A stretch of DNA of 64,000 nt, taken from assembly GCA_028534125.1 (NCBI GenBank), contig CM052817.1, positions 11,410,001 to 11,474,000 on the forward strand, read 5' to 3'. Shown one piece after another: positions 1 to 12,089 of this stretch. This DNA comes from Lama glama (lineage: Eukaryota). Each line of letters opens with the position of its first letter. Positions within the stretch are counted from its first letter, which is position 1. A program made the translations under genes and the position numbers. The notes beneath the pieces were generated by a model, which saw nothing but the letters and a program-made list of their open reading frames with translations, had not been told where the DNA came from and ran no database searches.

Positions 1-59
1 AATTGAGCTGAGAATAAAGAACAAAAACATTATCATATATAACTATAATGCCACTGACC

Positions 60-2380
60 CTTTCAAAACTTTCAATGTAAACAATACTGTCCCCAACTTT
101 CTCCATTATCTCCTTTACAGCTTTTTCATCATCAATCTCAGGTTGCAATCTAGGATTACATATTGTATTTGATTGTCATGTTTTCTACGTCTCTCCTCCT
201 GCTCCCTACACCCTTCCCCCACTTTTTTTGGTTTGTTCATTTTTTAACTTCCATGCCATTTATTTTGTAGCATACCCATGATTTAGATTAGCTCTCTTAT
301 GATTTAGGTTCAGGTTAATAATTTGACAGGAATAGTACATTGGTGATACGCTTCCTTGGTGTATCATACCAGTTTGTTCCAGTATTAGTGATGCTGTTGG
401 GATCACTTGCTTTAAGCTGGCATCCAACAAGTATTTCCATTGTAGAGTTACATTTTCTCCTTTGTAATTAGTGATCTGTGGGTTAATACTTTAATGTGTA
501 CTTACTCAACAGTTTTAGCACCAATTGATACTACATTAGTGGCTACAAAACAGTAATTTTGTTAATTCCATCCTCATTCTCTGTTTTTCAGTAGCATTCT
601 TGAAGAAAAAGAAATGCCTTCTCTTCTGTGATGCTCACCTTTTATTTATTTTTTGTTTGTTATTATCACTATGAACTCAGGTTTCTTGTTATCCAATGTT
701 ATCTATGCCATCGTTATTCATTTTAATGCACAAATTATTCCGTATTTAGCCAGTGGAAACCCTTTCATGTTGGTCTTTGCATCTTTTTGCTGTATCTTCT
801 GCTTTTTTAGCATAAAAAAAAATTTCACGTCCACCTTCTACTTTTCCTAACTTGGAATCAATCAGTATTCCAAATATTCTATTTCCAAATATCCTATTTT
901 CCCTTCTTGTGGTAGGGACCGCTATCTAGGCATCAAGGACTGGATGATATAAGTGTGGTTATTGCTAGTGTGGTGTCACTGCTTCTAGAATCTTAAAATA
1001 GGCAACGCAAATAAATGTTAAATATATATTTAAATCATGAGTTCATACTGCTACCTCTACTACCACAGGGTTCTTCTTTTTTGGTTTTTTTTGTTTGTTT
1101 TTAAGGTTTATATTTATTTATTTTTTAAAACATTTTTTATTGATTTATAATCATTTTACAATGGTCAAATTCCAGTGTAGAGCACAATTTTCAGCTATAC
1201 GTGAATATACATATAGTCATTGTCACATTTTTTTTTTTTGCTGTGAGCTACCACAAGATCTTGTACATACTTCCCTGTGCTATACAGTATAATCTTATTT
1301 ATCTATTCTACATTCTGAAATCCCAGTCTGTTCCTTCCCACTCCCTGCCCCCTTGGAAACCACGTTTGTATTCTCTCTATGAGTCTGTTTCTGTTTTGTA
1401 TTTATGGTTTTTTGGGTTTTTTTTGTTTTTTTAGATTCCACATATGAGCGGTCTCATATGGTATTTTTCTTTCTCTTTCTGGCTTACTTCATTTAAGAAT
1501 AACATTCTCCAGGAACATTCATGTTGCTGCAAATGGCATTATGCTGTTGGTTTTTATGGTTGAATAGTATTCCATTGTATAAATATACCACCTCTTCTTT
1601 ATCCAGTCATCTGTTGATGGACATTTAGGCTGTTTCCATGTCTTGGCTATTGTAAACAGTGCTGCTATGAACATTAGGGTGCAGCTGTCTTTTTGAAGTA
1701 GGGTTCCTTCTGGATATACGCCCAGGAGTGGGATTACTGGGTCCTACATTAAGTCTATTCCTAGTCTTTTGAGTTATCTCCATACTGTTTTCTACAGTGG
1801 CTGCACCAAACTGCATTCCCACCAGCAGTCCACAGGGTTCTTCTTTTTCTTACCCCATTCCATATTTTTATCCCCTTCTCTTACAGTAAAAAGTCATAAA
1901 ATTACTATACCAATATCATTACTAAAAAATGTTTATCCTTAAAATATATCCCCCTGAGAGTACAGAGTACTATATTAGTTATTTGAATTAATTTTTCCTA
2001 TGTTCTGTATTATCAATGTGATAAACAGGCTCATTTAATTTGTCTGTTTGACTCAGTCACAGGGTTCCCTCCTCCATCCTTGTTGATTTAATTACTTTTT
2101 TTTAATGTAGAAAATTAACATGCCTCAAAAGTCAAAACTGTACAACACTCAAAGAAGTTTCACTTACTTTCCTTTATTTTCCAACACTTCGAAAGTAACC
2201 AAATTTCATTAGTTTCTAATTAATCCTTTTGTTTTTGTGTAAAAATAAAAAAGATTCATATATTCTTTCCTCTTCTTTCTTAAAAGTTAACATACTATAT
2301 ATGCTCTTTTTTCTTTTTTCTTTGTTCACTTAAAAATATATACCCAGTTAATCTTTCTTATCAGTTCACAGAAATGTTCT
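60..2380 (-). mobile_element. Old L1 3' end (L1MC4/L1MC5-like), split by a young L1 at 1082-1829
   Basis: Degenerate motifs such as caatctaggattacatattgtatttgattgtcatg resemble the L1MC4-like copy at 25-26 kb. Boundaries approximate. Confidence 0.5.
1082..1829 (-). mobile_element. Young 5'-truncated camelid L1 (ORF2 C-terminus, 3' UTR, polyA) with 19-bp TSD
   Basis: Perfect direct repeat CCACAGGGTTCTTCTTTTT at 1063-1081 and 1830-1848, T-rich tail, and close similarity (reverse complement) to the L1 at 26959-28685. Confidence 0.93.
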
Positions 2381-2384
2381 TTAA

Positions 2385-2885
2385 AAAAATTATTTTTACT
2401 GAAGTATAGATGATATACAATATTATATCTCATATATGTTTCAGGAATACAACATACTGATTCACATTTTTTAAAGGTTATATACCATTTACAGTTACTA
2501 CAAAATACTGGCTATATTTCCTGTGTTGTACAATATATCCTTATAGCTTATTTATTTTATACATAATAGTTTGCACTTCTTAACTCTCTACCCCTATCTT
2601 GCCCCTCCTCTCTCCCCCTCCATACTAACAACCACTAATTTGTTCACTGTATCTGTTAGTCTGTTTCCTTTTTGTTGTATTTACTGGTTTGTTTTTTTTA
2701 GATTCTACATTTAAGTGATATCGTATGTATTTTATCTTTGATTCATTTCATAAGCATAATACCTTCCAAGTCCATCCATGTTTTTGCGAATTCCATTCTT
2801 TTTCATGGCCTAGTATTCCACTGTGTACACATATATTTTTTAAATCCATTTGTTTGTTGATGGACACTTAGGTTGCTTTATTCTA
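2385..2885 (-). mobile_element. L1 3' end (L1MA9/artiodactyl L1-like)
   Basis: Typical antisense 3' end tttttactgaagtatagatgatatacaatatt...ttgatggacacttaggttgctt. Confidence 0.8.
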
Positions 2886-3089
2886 TTCTCCAGCTCCACG
2901 GTAATCCACTGTATGTTTCTACCATGTGGCCAACCTCTCTCCCATACTAGCTTCTTAAAAACATCTAGTCTTGCATAGCTGTATTTCCATACATAGCTCC
3001 AAGAAGGTGGAGACTTTCTAAAGGGATCACACAAAATTTATATATATTAATATACGGAACACCAAAACTGCTTGTATGTTTATTCCAAA

Positions 3090-4990
3090 GTATTTGCCTT
3101 TTTAAAAAAACTACTGTAAATGAAATTATACCATCTGATTAAGTGTACATGAAAGTCACTGACTGTTCACTTTATATCTCGACATTGTACTGAGTTCTTT
3201 TACTGTTTTAGTTTTACTGTCAATGCTCTTGGTCTTACAATACCATGTGCAAAGAGAACATTATATTTCTTTTCCGATTCTTATGAATCTAAAACAGTTT
3301 TCTCTTATCTAATTGCACAAGCCCAAACCTCCGACAAGATGTTAAATAGTGGGACAGGACAATTCTGTCTTGTTCCACTTTTAGTAGGACTGCAGTCAGT
3401 AGTTTCTACATTTTAATTTGTATTTTGAAAACTGGAGTACATGTGTTTTATGAGGTTAAAGATATAAACATCAATTCGTTTTTTACTGAAAATTTTTTAG
3501 CAGGAAGGAACATGCTGAATTTTGTCAAAGATCTTTTGAGCATCAATAGAGATGAACTTCATGTTTTGTTTCTCCTTAGATTAACAGATGCATTATATTA
3601 ATAGATTTCCTAACGTGAAACCACTCATATGTTACTGGGTCAAATCTTACTTGATCACGATGAATTATTTTATTACTACAGTGTAGAATTTTGTTTGATA
3701 TTTTTGTATTGATATAAGTGAGATTATTCTGCAATTGTGTGTGTGTACGAATATGAACTAACTTTATGAGATTTTTATCTAGATTAACATCATAGTCATT
3801 TAAAAAATAATTTGGAACTTACTTTTTTGTGTTCGGTAAAGTTTTATGAAATAGAGATTAGCTGATCTTATAAAATTAGGTAAAATATAACTTTCAAAAC
3901 CTCCCACACTTGGTGCTTTTTTTGAGATTTCTTAACCTTTTTTTTTTTTATTTCTTAAAAAAAAGAAAAGAAAAGAAAAGTCCTATTTAGTATTCTATCT
4001 CTTTGGAGACAATTCTGATAAACTAGATTTTCCTATTAATTATCCACTTCACCTAAACTGTACAAAATAGAATCTATGACTTTTTAAATTCTCTGTTTAA
4101 ATGGTTATTTCCCTCTTCTCGTGTCTTGTATATATCTCTGCTTTCTCCCTCTGTACTGCCCTCTCCCCAGCTGCCTGGCCTATTGGCTAAACAGTGCTTT
4201 ATCTATTTTGCGGCCTTTTCCAAAGGACAAGTGTTTTTTTCTATTTATTTTTTAGTCCTAATATTTTTATCTTCTACCTTATTAAATTTTGCTTTTATCT
4301 TGACTTTTTCCTTCCCTGTTTATTATTCTGATTTACTTTGTGATTTCTAGCTTTTCTGGATGGGAATTTAGCTCATTTGCACTTTCAAATTTTTACTGAG
4401 AAAAATATTAAAGGCCAAATCTTTTTCTAATCACTGTTTTAATTATATCTCCTAGATTCTTATACATAGCTTTTTCATTATTAGTATTTGTTTAAAGAGA
4501 TTCTACAATTTTTTCTTCCCTCTCACCCTAAAATTGTTTAAAAGAATGTTTACATTGCAAGTAGATGAGAAAATCTTTTTGTTGCTGTTATTCATTTCTA
4601 TCTTTATTGCATTATGATAAAAAATCTTTTTTGTATTATTCTACTTTATGAATTTACTCAGGATTTCTTTATTACTTAGTAAATTTTTTTGAATGTTCCA
4701 TGTACACTTGAGAAAAAAGTACAGTTTATATTATTTAAGCAGAGCTCAATTTCTATCCATAAACTATTCCTTACTGTTATTTTAGGTCTTCTATATCCTC
4801 ATTTATTTTAGATCCGCTTCACCAATCTTGGACTGAAAGTGACATGCTAATACTCCTGAGTGTTTGTCCTTTACTATGAATTCTCTCTAGTTTTTGCTTT
4901 ATGAAGGTGATTACTATGTTATTTGGTACATAGATATTAATAAATGCCCTATCAACATTATGAGCTAAGACCTTTAACAAAGTCTTTTGT
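3090..4990 (-). mobile_element. Highly diverged L1 ORF2 remnant
   Basis: T-rich sequence with antisense ORF2 motifs (gatgttaaatagtggg...ttctgtcttgttcc; tgaatgttccatgtacacttgagaa). Confidence 0.6.
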
Positions 4991-4999
4991 CCTCAAGAC

Positions 5000-5385
5000 A
5001 AGCAATGTAATTTGGTATGCAACAGAAACATTTTGAGTACTTCACATTTAACTGTACAGAATTTTTTTTAATGTCTAAACCAAGGGTTAAAACTTCATAA
5101 ATTAAAAAAAAATTATGCCTTCATCAAGGGCATTCTTAAGTGTAATGGCCCTTTTTCACTACAGTGTGTGAGGTGCTGAAGAATACAAGGACTACTGGGT
5201 ATAGTTTATTGCCACTGGCTCATAATTTTAACCAACATTGCTTTTGTACCATCAGTGCAAATGTCAACACAGCAAAAGTAGCAAAGGGCATCTCAGAATT
5301 ATTTGTAAAAAATGTTACCTTGCAGATTCCTTGAATAAGTCTTAGGGACCTAACGTTTCCATGTGTCACACTTGGAGAACCACCA
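5000..5385. mobile_element. hAT-Charlie DNA transposon fragment
   Basis: cattgcttttgtaccatcagtgcaaatgtcaacacag and terminal cacacttggagaaccac resemble Charlie-family ends. Confidence 0.65.
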
Positions 5386-5434
5386 TCCTACAAAAATCTA
5401 ACATATTTTCATCCCAAAATAAATAGTATACTGG

Positions 5435-5675
5435 AAAGCAATACAGAAGAATGGCTGGAAGTACATCATGTATTCAGATATACCTGGTATTAAATTCCAC
5501 ATCTGCTGATTACAGGCTGTATAACATTGTGGAAACTACTTTGTAAGCCATAATCTCCTCTGTAAAGTAAGTCTACTAATAGTGTCTAAAAGAGTTGCTG
5601 CAAAGATTAAATAAACTAATGTATAGAGAGAGTGCTTACCCAGTGCCTATCACATAGAACTCAAAAAACAATAGC
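5435..5675 (+). mobile_element. MIR SINE
   Basis: Core-like ctcctctgtaaagtaag...gttgctgcaaagattaaataaactaatgta...agtgcttacccagtgcctatcacatag. Confidence 0.7.
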
Positions 5676-5879
5676 CTAATTATTTAATTTTTATACAATA
5701 CTACTATTTTCTAATAATCCCAATTAGGAGAAAAAAAATCACAGACAATAATTTGGGAAGTCTCTCTAGATCAAAAATCTTAAAAAATGAGCAAAATCCT
5801 TAAAGCATTAAATCTTAGAATTTTAGAATATAAAACTTCAGATATCAGCATATTATGACATTTTAACTTTAACAGCCTT

Positions 5880-8200
5880 TTTAAAAAATGGCCTTTTAAA
5901 CTTTGACTATCTTCTCTATTTTATCTTTGTATTTTATTTCACAAGTTTTGTTCGTATCTTCTGTTTGCCTCTTTCCTATTTATTTAGGGTTCCTTTTTAA
6001 ACAAAATTCCTTCAGTTAGATGCTTTGCTCTATCATTAACTTTCCAATCTTTTTCTTAAGTAACATAAAAGTTAAAGGCTATAAATTTCCTTCTACCAAA
6101 TTCTGAAGGTCCTGTAAGTTTTAAAATGTATTTTTAATATCATTCAATGCCAAATATATTCTGCTAGCCATCAAAATTTTCTTTATCCCATGAATTACTT
6201 GGAAATGTCATAAAATTTCCTTCTGCATAAATTTATTTAAAGCTGTCTTTTGTTACTGATCACATCTTAACTGAACTGTATCAATAAACACGGTCTATAT
6301 GATACCAGTTTTTACTTGTTGGTTACTTTTTAATGGCATAGAATGCAGTCAGGTTTTACAAAATTTTGAGTATACTTGAAAAAATGTTTACCATGTTTAC
6401 CAATTTTGCAATGGTTGGGTTCAGAGTTCTATATATGTCCATTAGCTCAAACTTACTAACTATGCTATTCAAATCTTCTTTCTTGTCATTAGTTTATGTC
6501 TTTGACTTAACTAAGATCTTAAACTCTCTATGATGTTCTCCTTGTACTTCTGATACTTTTTGTTTCATACTTTCAGGCTATGTTATTTTGATAACACATA
6601 TTCATAACTATCATGGTTTCTTGGTGAACAGTACATTTTATCATGATATAAAAATCCTATTAATTTTTAAAACTTCTCCTTGTCTCTATAGTCGTTATGT
6701 TTGATGTTACCATGCTGATACACAGGTTTAATCAGACTTTTTTTTTTAATAGTGCATAGTTTTTCCAGCCTTTCACATTTTCAAGGGATCTTTTATGAAG
6801 AACATATAGGTGGATTTGAGGTTTTATCTATCTAATAATCTATGTCTTAACTGGAGAATTCATACTTTATTTAAATAACTGATATTTCCATTTATTCTTA
6901 TTTTTTGCTTTTATAGGCCTTAGTTTTTCTTTTGAAGTTATTTTTTTCCATACTATTTTCCCTCTTCTACTGGTTTGAAACTAATATTTCTAGATCTATT
7001 CTTTTACTACTTCACCCAGAAATTTCCACATGCACTAGTTTTACTTGTAAAGTCTCAAGGTAACTAATATGTTTGCCTGATTTTAAAGGGCTGTACAATG
7101 CTTTAACTCTACGCACACCACTCTAGGCTTAGATGCTCTTTCTGTCAGGTAATACAGCATTTATCAATCCCACAAGTAGATACTATTTTTATTATTTTAT
7201 ACAATCAGTTTTTCTTTAGATTTACCCATCCATATTTTCATTCCTCTTGCATTTCAGACTTTCTTCCCAGGATTGTTTCTTTCTCAAGTATAAACCTCAG
7301 AGGCTTTTTGGTTTTGTTTTCAAAAAGAAAGTCTGTTTGAAATAAAGTCTATTTTTTTTAATCTGCAAAAAAATTTATTCCACGAAGGAACTTTTAACAG
7401 AATATAAAATCCCAAGTTTTTTGCTTAGAAGTCAGCTGTCAGTCTGTTATTTGGCTGTAAGTAATCAGTCCTTTACTCCTGGCTGTTATCAACATTTTCT
7501 CTTTCGTCTTCAACTAAGTCTTATGTGAATTTATTTTCACTCATCCTGGTAGGTAACACTAGGATCCCTGAATATAACGATTTGTATCTTTCATAAATTC
7601 TGGAAAATTCTCAGAATATTGTCTCTCTTAAATTATATTTATAATCTCCAACTTAAACTCTGGTTAGACCCACAGTAACTCTTTTCACTGTATCTTCCAT
7701 GTCTCTTAGCATCTTTCACATTTTTTATTTAGTTGCTGCATTTTTTGTGACTTCTTCAGATCTTCCCAATGATCAATTACCCTCTCTAAATAAAACTGGT
7801 TGTTTACAACTTTCATTAAGTTTTAAAAGTCCATCATTATGTTTTCCACTTTAAACATTCCATTTGGTTAATTTTTAACACATGTTGGGTAGTTTATGAT
7901 AGTCTCTAGCTTTTACTCACATTTTGAATTTTAAACTTCATATTTCTTTAAATAGATTAAAACATAATTTTTATATTCTTATCTTTTAATTACAAAATTC
8001 ACAGTCTTTGAAGATTTGGTCCTGGTTCTTTATTATTTTGGCCAACAACTGTAGACAGTACTGTAGATAGTGCCTTGTTTGCTTATGTATTTTATTATTT
8101 ATTTTACTTTTGGGAAATGAGTTCATTTTTTAAAAGAACTTTATATTTCGAGATTTAATTTTTGGATATATTGTTAGAGACTATGCCTTTGGTTCTGCCA
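5880..8200 (-). mobile_element. Ancient L1 (ORF2 5' part to ORF1) remnant
   Basis: Antisense motifs aaggctataaatttccttct, ctatatatgtccattag, agaagtcagctgtcagtct, aattctggaaaattctcag. Confidence 0.6.
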
Positions 8201-8231
8201 TGTATCTGGAGGAGATATCAAACCAAGATGA

Positions 8232-8687
8232 GTAAAAATAATTTTTTTTATTGTGGTAAAATATACACAACAAAATTTACCACCTTAACTATTTTAAATA
8301 TATAGTTCAGCTCAGTAGTATTATATACAATCATAATGTTGTATAATTGTCACCATCATCCAACTCCATAACTTCTCATCTTATAAAATTAAAACCGTAT
8401 CTATTAAACAATAACCTCATCCCCCTCCACCCACAGCAACCACAATTCTACTTTCTTCCTCTATTTTTGCCTATTCCAACTACCTCATACATAAGTGGAA
8501 TCACACAGTATTTGTCTTTTTGTGACTGGCTTATTTCACTTAGTGAATGTCCTCAAAGTTCCTGCACATTGAAATATATGTCAGAATTTCTTTCCTTTTT
8601 AAGGGTAAATAATATTCCATTATATATATATATACACACTACATTTTGCTTATCTATTCATCTTTCCATGGACAACTGGGTTGCTTC
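8232..8687 (-). mobile_element. L1MB-like 3' end with intact 13-bp TSD
   Basis: ttttattgtggtaaaatatacacaacaaaatttaccacc start, flanked by CAAACCAAGATGA at 8219-8231 and 8688-8700. Confidence 0.85.
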
Positions 8688-9679
8688 CAAACCAAGATGA
8701 TTTAGATTAAATTATAGACTTATGAATTAGTATGAACACAGATTCCTAACCCGTGACAACTAGATAATAGCTAAAAATTACTAGGAGAGATTTTCTCCTT
8801 TAGAATACAGACATATGTTCTTGTTCTCTTTTATTTTAAGTTTCGATTTTTAACCTAGCATTTTCATTGTTTCTTTAATGAATTTCATATTTCTAATTGT
8901 CTATACTTTCAGAATCAAGAAACTAAATCTTCTTTGGTTATAAAATTCCCTATTATACCAAAAATCAATATTTCTTTAATGATTCCTTAAAAAAATTATT
9001 CATAGGTCTTATGTTTAAAAGACATAATTCATATAGAAATATAGAAATAGCTCTTCAGAAAGTTTAAATATAGTAAAGTGACTTATGATATCTACCTTCA
9101 ATAATCTTTGAAGTTTAATGATACAGTAAGGTATTTAAACATTCTATGGGACCATTCTGACAGCTCTAACCCCGTGGAAAAATTTTATGAGTGTAAATGT
9201 AGAATAATAAGCAAAAGCACACTTTTTCAATGTTGTCATAATCTCATGGCAATTCCTGAAGATTTAATGTTGAATTCTCATAGGAAAGAGTACAGTTGGC
9301 AAAATCCCTATAGTAAAACTCTCCTTGGAGCAGTTATTCATTCTGACAAAAAGCACCTCTTTGCTAACTTTTTGATATGCCTCTATGTTCCAATGTTAAA
9401 TAAGATCTAAAAAGCCTATGGCAACCATAAAGTGAAAATCAGATTAAGAGAAAAAAATCAATGATATGCTTTCAGAATTTTTCCTTCCTTAAAAAAACCA
9501 TAAGTAGATGGTATCAGAGAACTCTGAGTAAGGAATTCACTTTATAGTCTATGCCTTCTTAAAATAAGGATCAGCTGGTTCTTTGAAAAGATCATTAAAA
9601 TTGATAACCCCTAGCCAGGATACCAAAGAAGAGTGGGAAGACACAAGTTACAAATACAGAAATAAAAAAGAGCCATCAC

Positions 9680-11130
9680 CACAAAAACAGAAATATGGAC
9701 CAATGGAGAAGAACAGAGAGCCCAGAAATAAACCCACACACTTACCATCAATTAACCTTCGACAAAGGAGGCAACAATACACAATTGAGGAAAGACTGTC
9801 TCTATAGCAAGTTGTGTTGGGAAAGTTGGACAGCCAAATGTAAATCAGTGAAGTTAGAATACTCACTCACACCACACACAAAAATAAACTCAAAATGGCT
9901 TAAAGACTTATAAATATAAGACATGACACCATAAACCTCCTAGGAGAAAATACAGGCTAAACATTTTCCAATGTAAATCTTAGCAGTGTTCTCCTAGGGC
10001 AGTCTACCCAGGCAAAAGAAATAAAAGCAAAAATAAACAACTGGGACCTAAGTAAACTTATAAGCTTTTGCATAGCAAAGGAAACCACAAACAAAACAAA
10101 AAGACAACCTACAGAATGGGAGAAAATGTTTGCAAATGATGCGACTGACAAGGGACTAATTTCCAGAATATATAAACAGCTCATACAACTTAATAACAAA
10201 AAAATAAACAACCCAGTCCCAAAATGGGCAGACGACCTAAACAAGCGATTCTGCAATAGAGACATACAAATGGCCAATAAGCATATGAAAAAATGCTCAA
10301 CATTGCTAATTATCAGAGAAATGCAAATCAAAACTGCAATGAGGTATCATCTCACACTAGTCTGAGTGGTCACCATTAAAAAGTCCACAAATGACAAATG
10401 CTGGAGAGGCTGTGGAGGAAAGGGAACCCTCCTACACTGTTGGTGAGAATGTAGTTTGGTGCAGCCATTATGGAAAACAAGTACGGAGATTTCACAAAAA
10501 ACTAAGAATAGTCTTACCCTATGATCCAGCAATCCTACTCCTGGGCATATATCTTAATTTGAAAAAATAATGCACCCCAATGTTCATAGCACCACTATTT
10601 ACAATAGCCAAGACATGGAAACAACCTAAATGTCCATCGACAGATGACTGGATAAAGAAGTTGTGGTATATTTATACAATGGAATATTACTCAGCCATAA
10701 AAAAGAATAGATAATGCCATTTGCAGCAACATAGATGGACCTGGAGATCGTCATTCTAAGTGAAGTAAGCCAGAAAGAGAAACAAAAATACCCTATGATA
10801 TCACTCATATATGGAATCTAAAAAAAAAAAAAAAAAGGCCCAAATGAACTTATTTACAGACAGAAACAGGCACAGAAAACAAACTTATGGTTACCAGGGG
10901 GAAAAGAGGGTAGGAAGGGATAAATTGGGGAATAAAGATTTGTAGATACTACCTACTATATATAAAATAGATAAACAGTAAGTTTCTACTGTATAGTACA
11001 GGGAACCATATTCAGTATCCTGTAGTAACCTATAAGAAAAAGAATATGGAAATGAATATATGTACATATCTGTATGACTGAAACTTTATGCTGTACACGA
11101 GAAATTGACACAACATTGACTATACTTAAA
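9680..11130 (+). mobile_element. 5'-truncated camelid/artiodactyl L1 nested in the L1MC
   Basis: ORF2 peptides in track ORFs 9695..9913 and 10126..10365, 3' UTR and polyA. Degenerate TSD aaaaaagagccatcac (9664-9679) / aaaaaaaggccatcac (11131-11146). Confidence 0.9.
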
Positions 11131-12089
11131 AAAAAAAGGCCATCACTACTGATCTCATGGACATTAAAAAGATAATAAAGAAACATTATGAAAAACTTCA
11201 TCCCCACAAGTCTGATACCTTAGATGAAACAGACTAATTACTTGAAAGTCACAATCTACAAAAACACACAAGAAAAATACAGAACATTAGTAGGCTTGGA
11301 TCTATTAAAAAATGAATTAATTAATAACCTTTCACAGCAGAAAGCACGAGCCCAGATAATTTTCAGTGGTGAATTCTACTAAGCATTAAGGAAGAAATTA
11401 CACCAATTCCCCACAATCTCTTCCAAAGAATAGAAGAAATGGGAATAACTACTAATTCATTCTAAGGTCAGCATTACAGTAATGCAAACGGTAGATAAAG
11501 ACACTACAAGGAAAAAAACTATGGAGGAATATCTCTCATAAAGATAAATTTCAAAACCTTTGCTAAATATTAGCAAATAGAATCCAACAATGTATAAAAA
11601 GAATTATACCGAATGACCAAGTGGGATTTATTTCAGGTATGCAAAGCTGATTCAACATTTGAAAATCAATTAATGCAATCCATCACATCAACAGGCTAAG
11701 AAGAAAAACCATATCATCACCTAAACTGATGAAGAAAAAGCATATGACAATTCAATACACATTCATAATACAAAGTCTCAGCAAGTTAGGAACAGGCGAG
11801 AATTTCTTCAACTTGATAAAAAGCATCTACAAAAACCTACAGCTAACATCATACTTAATGATGAGAAACTAGATGCTTTCCCCTTGAGATCAGGAACAAG
11901 TCAAGTATGTCTCCTCTTATCACACCTATTCAACATCATAATGGAAGCTCTAGATAATATTTATAAGAAAAGGAAACAACAGGTATACAGATGGGGAAGA
12001 AAGAAATAAAACTGCCTTTGTTCACATATGATACAATTGTCTATACAAAAGAATCAACAAAAATATTCCTGAAGATAAACACAGTGAGA

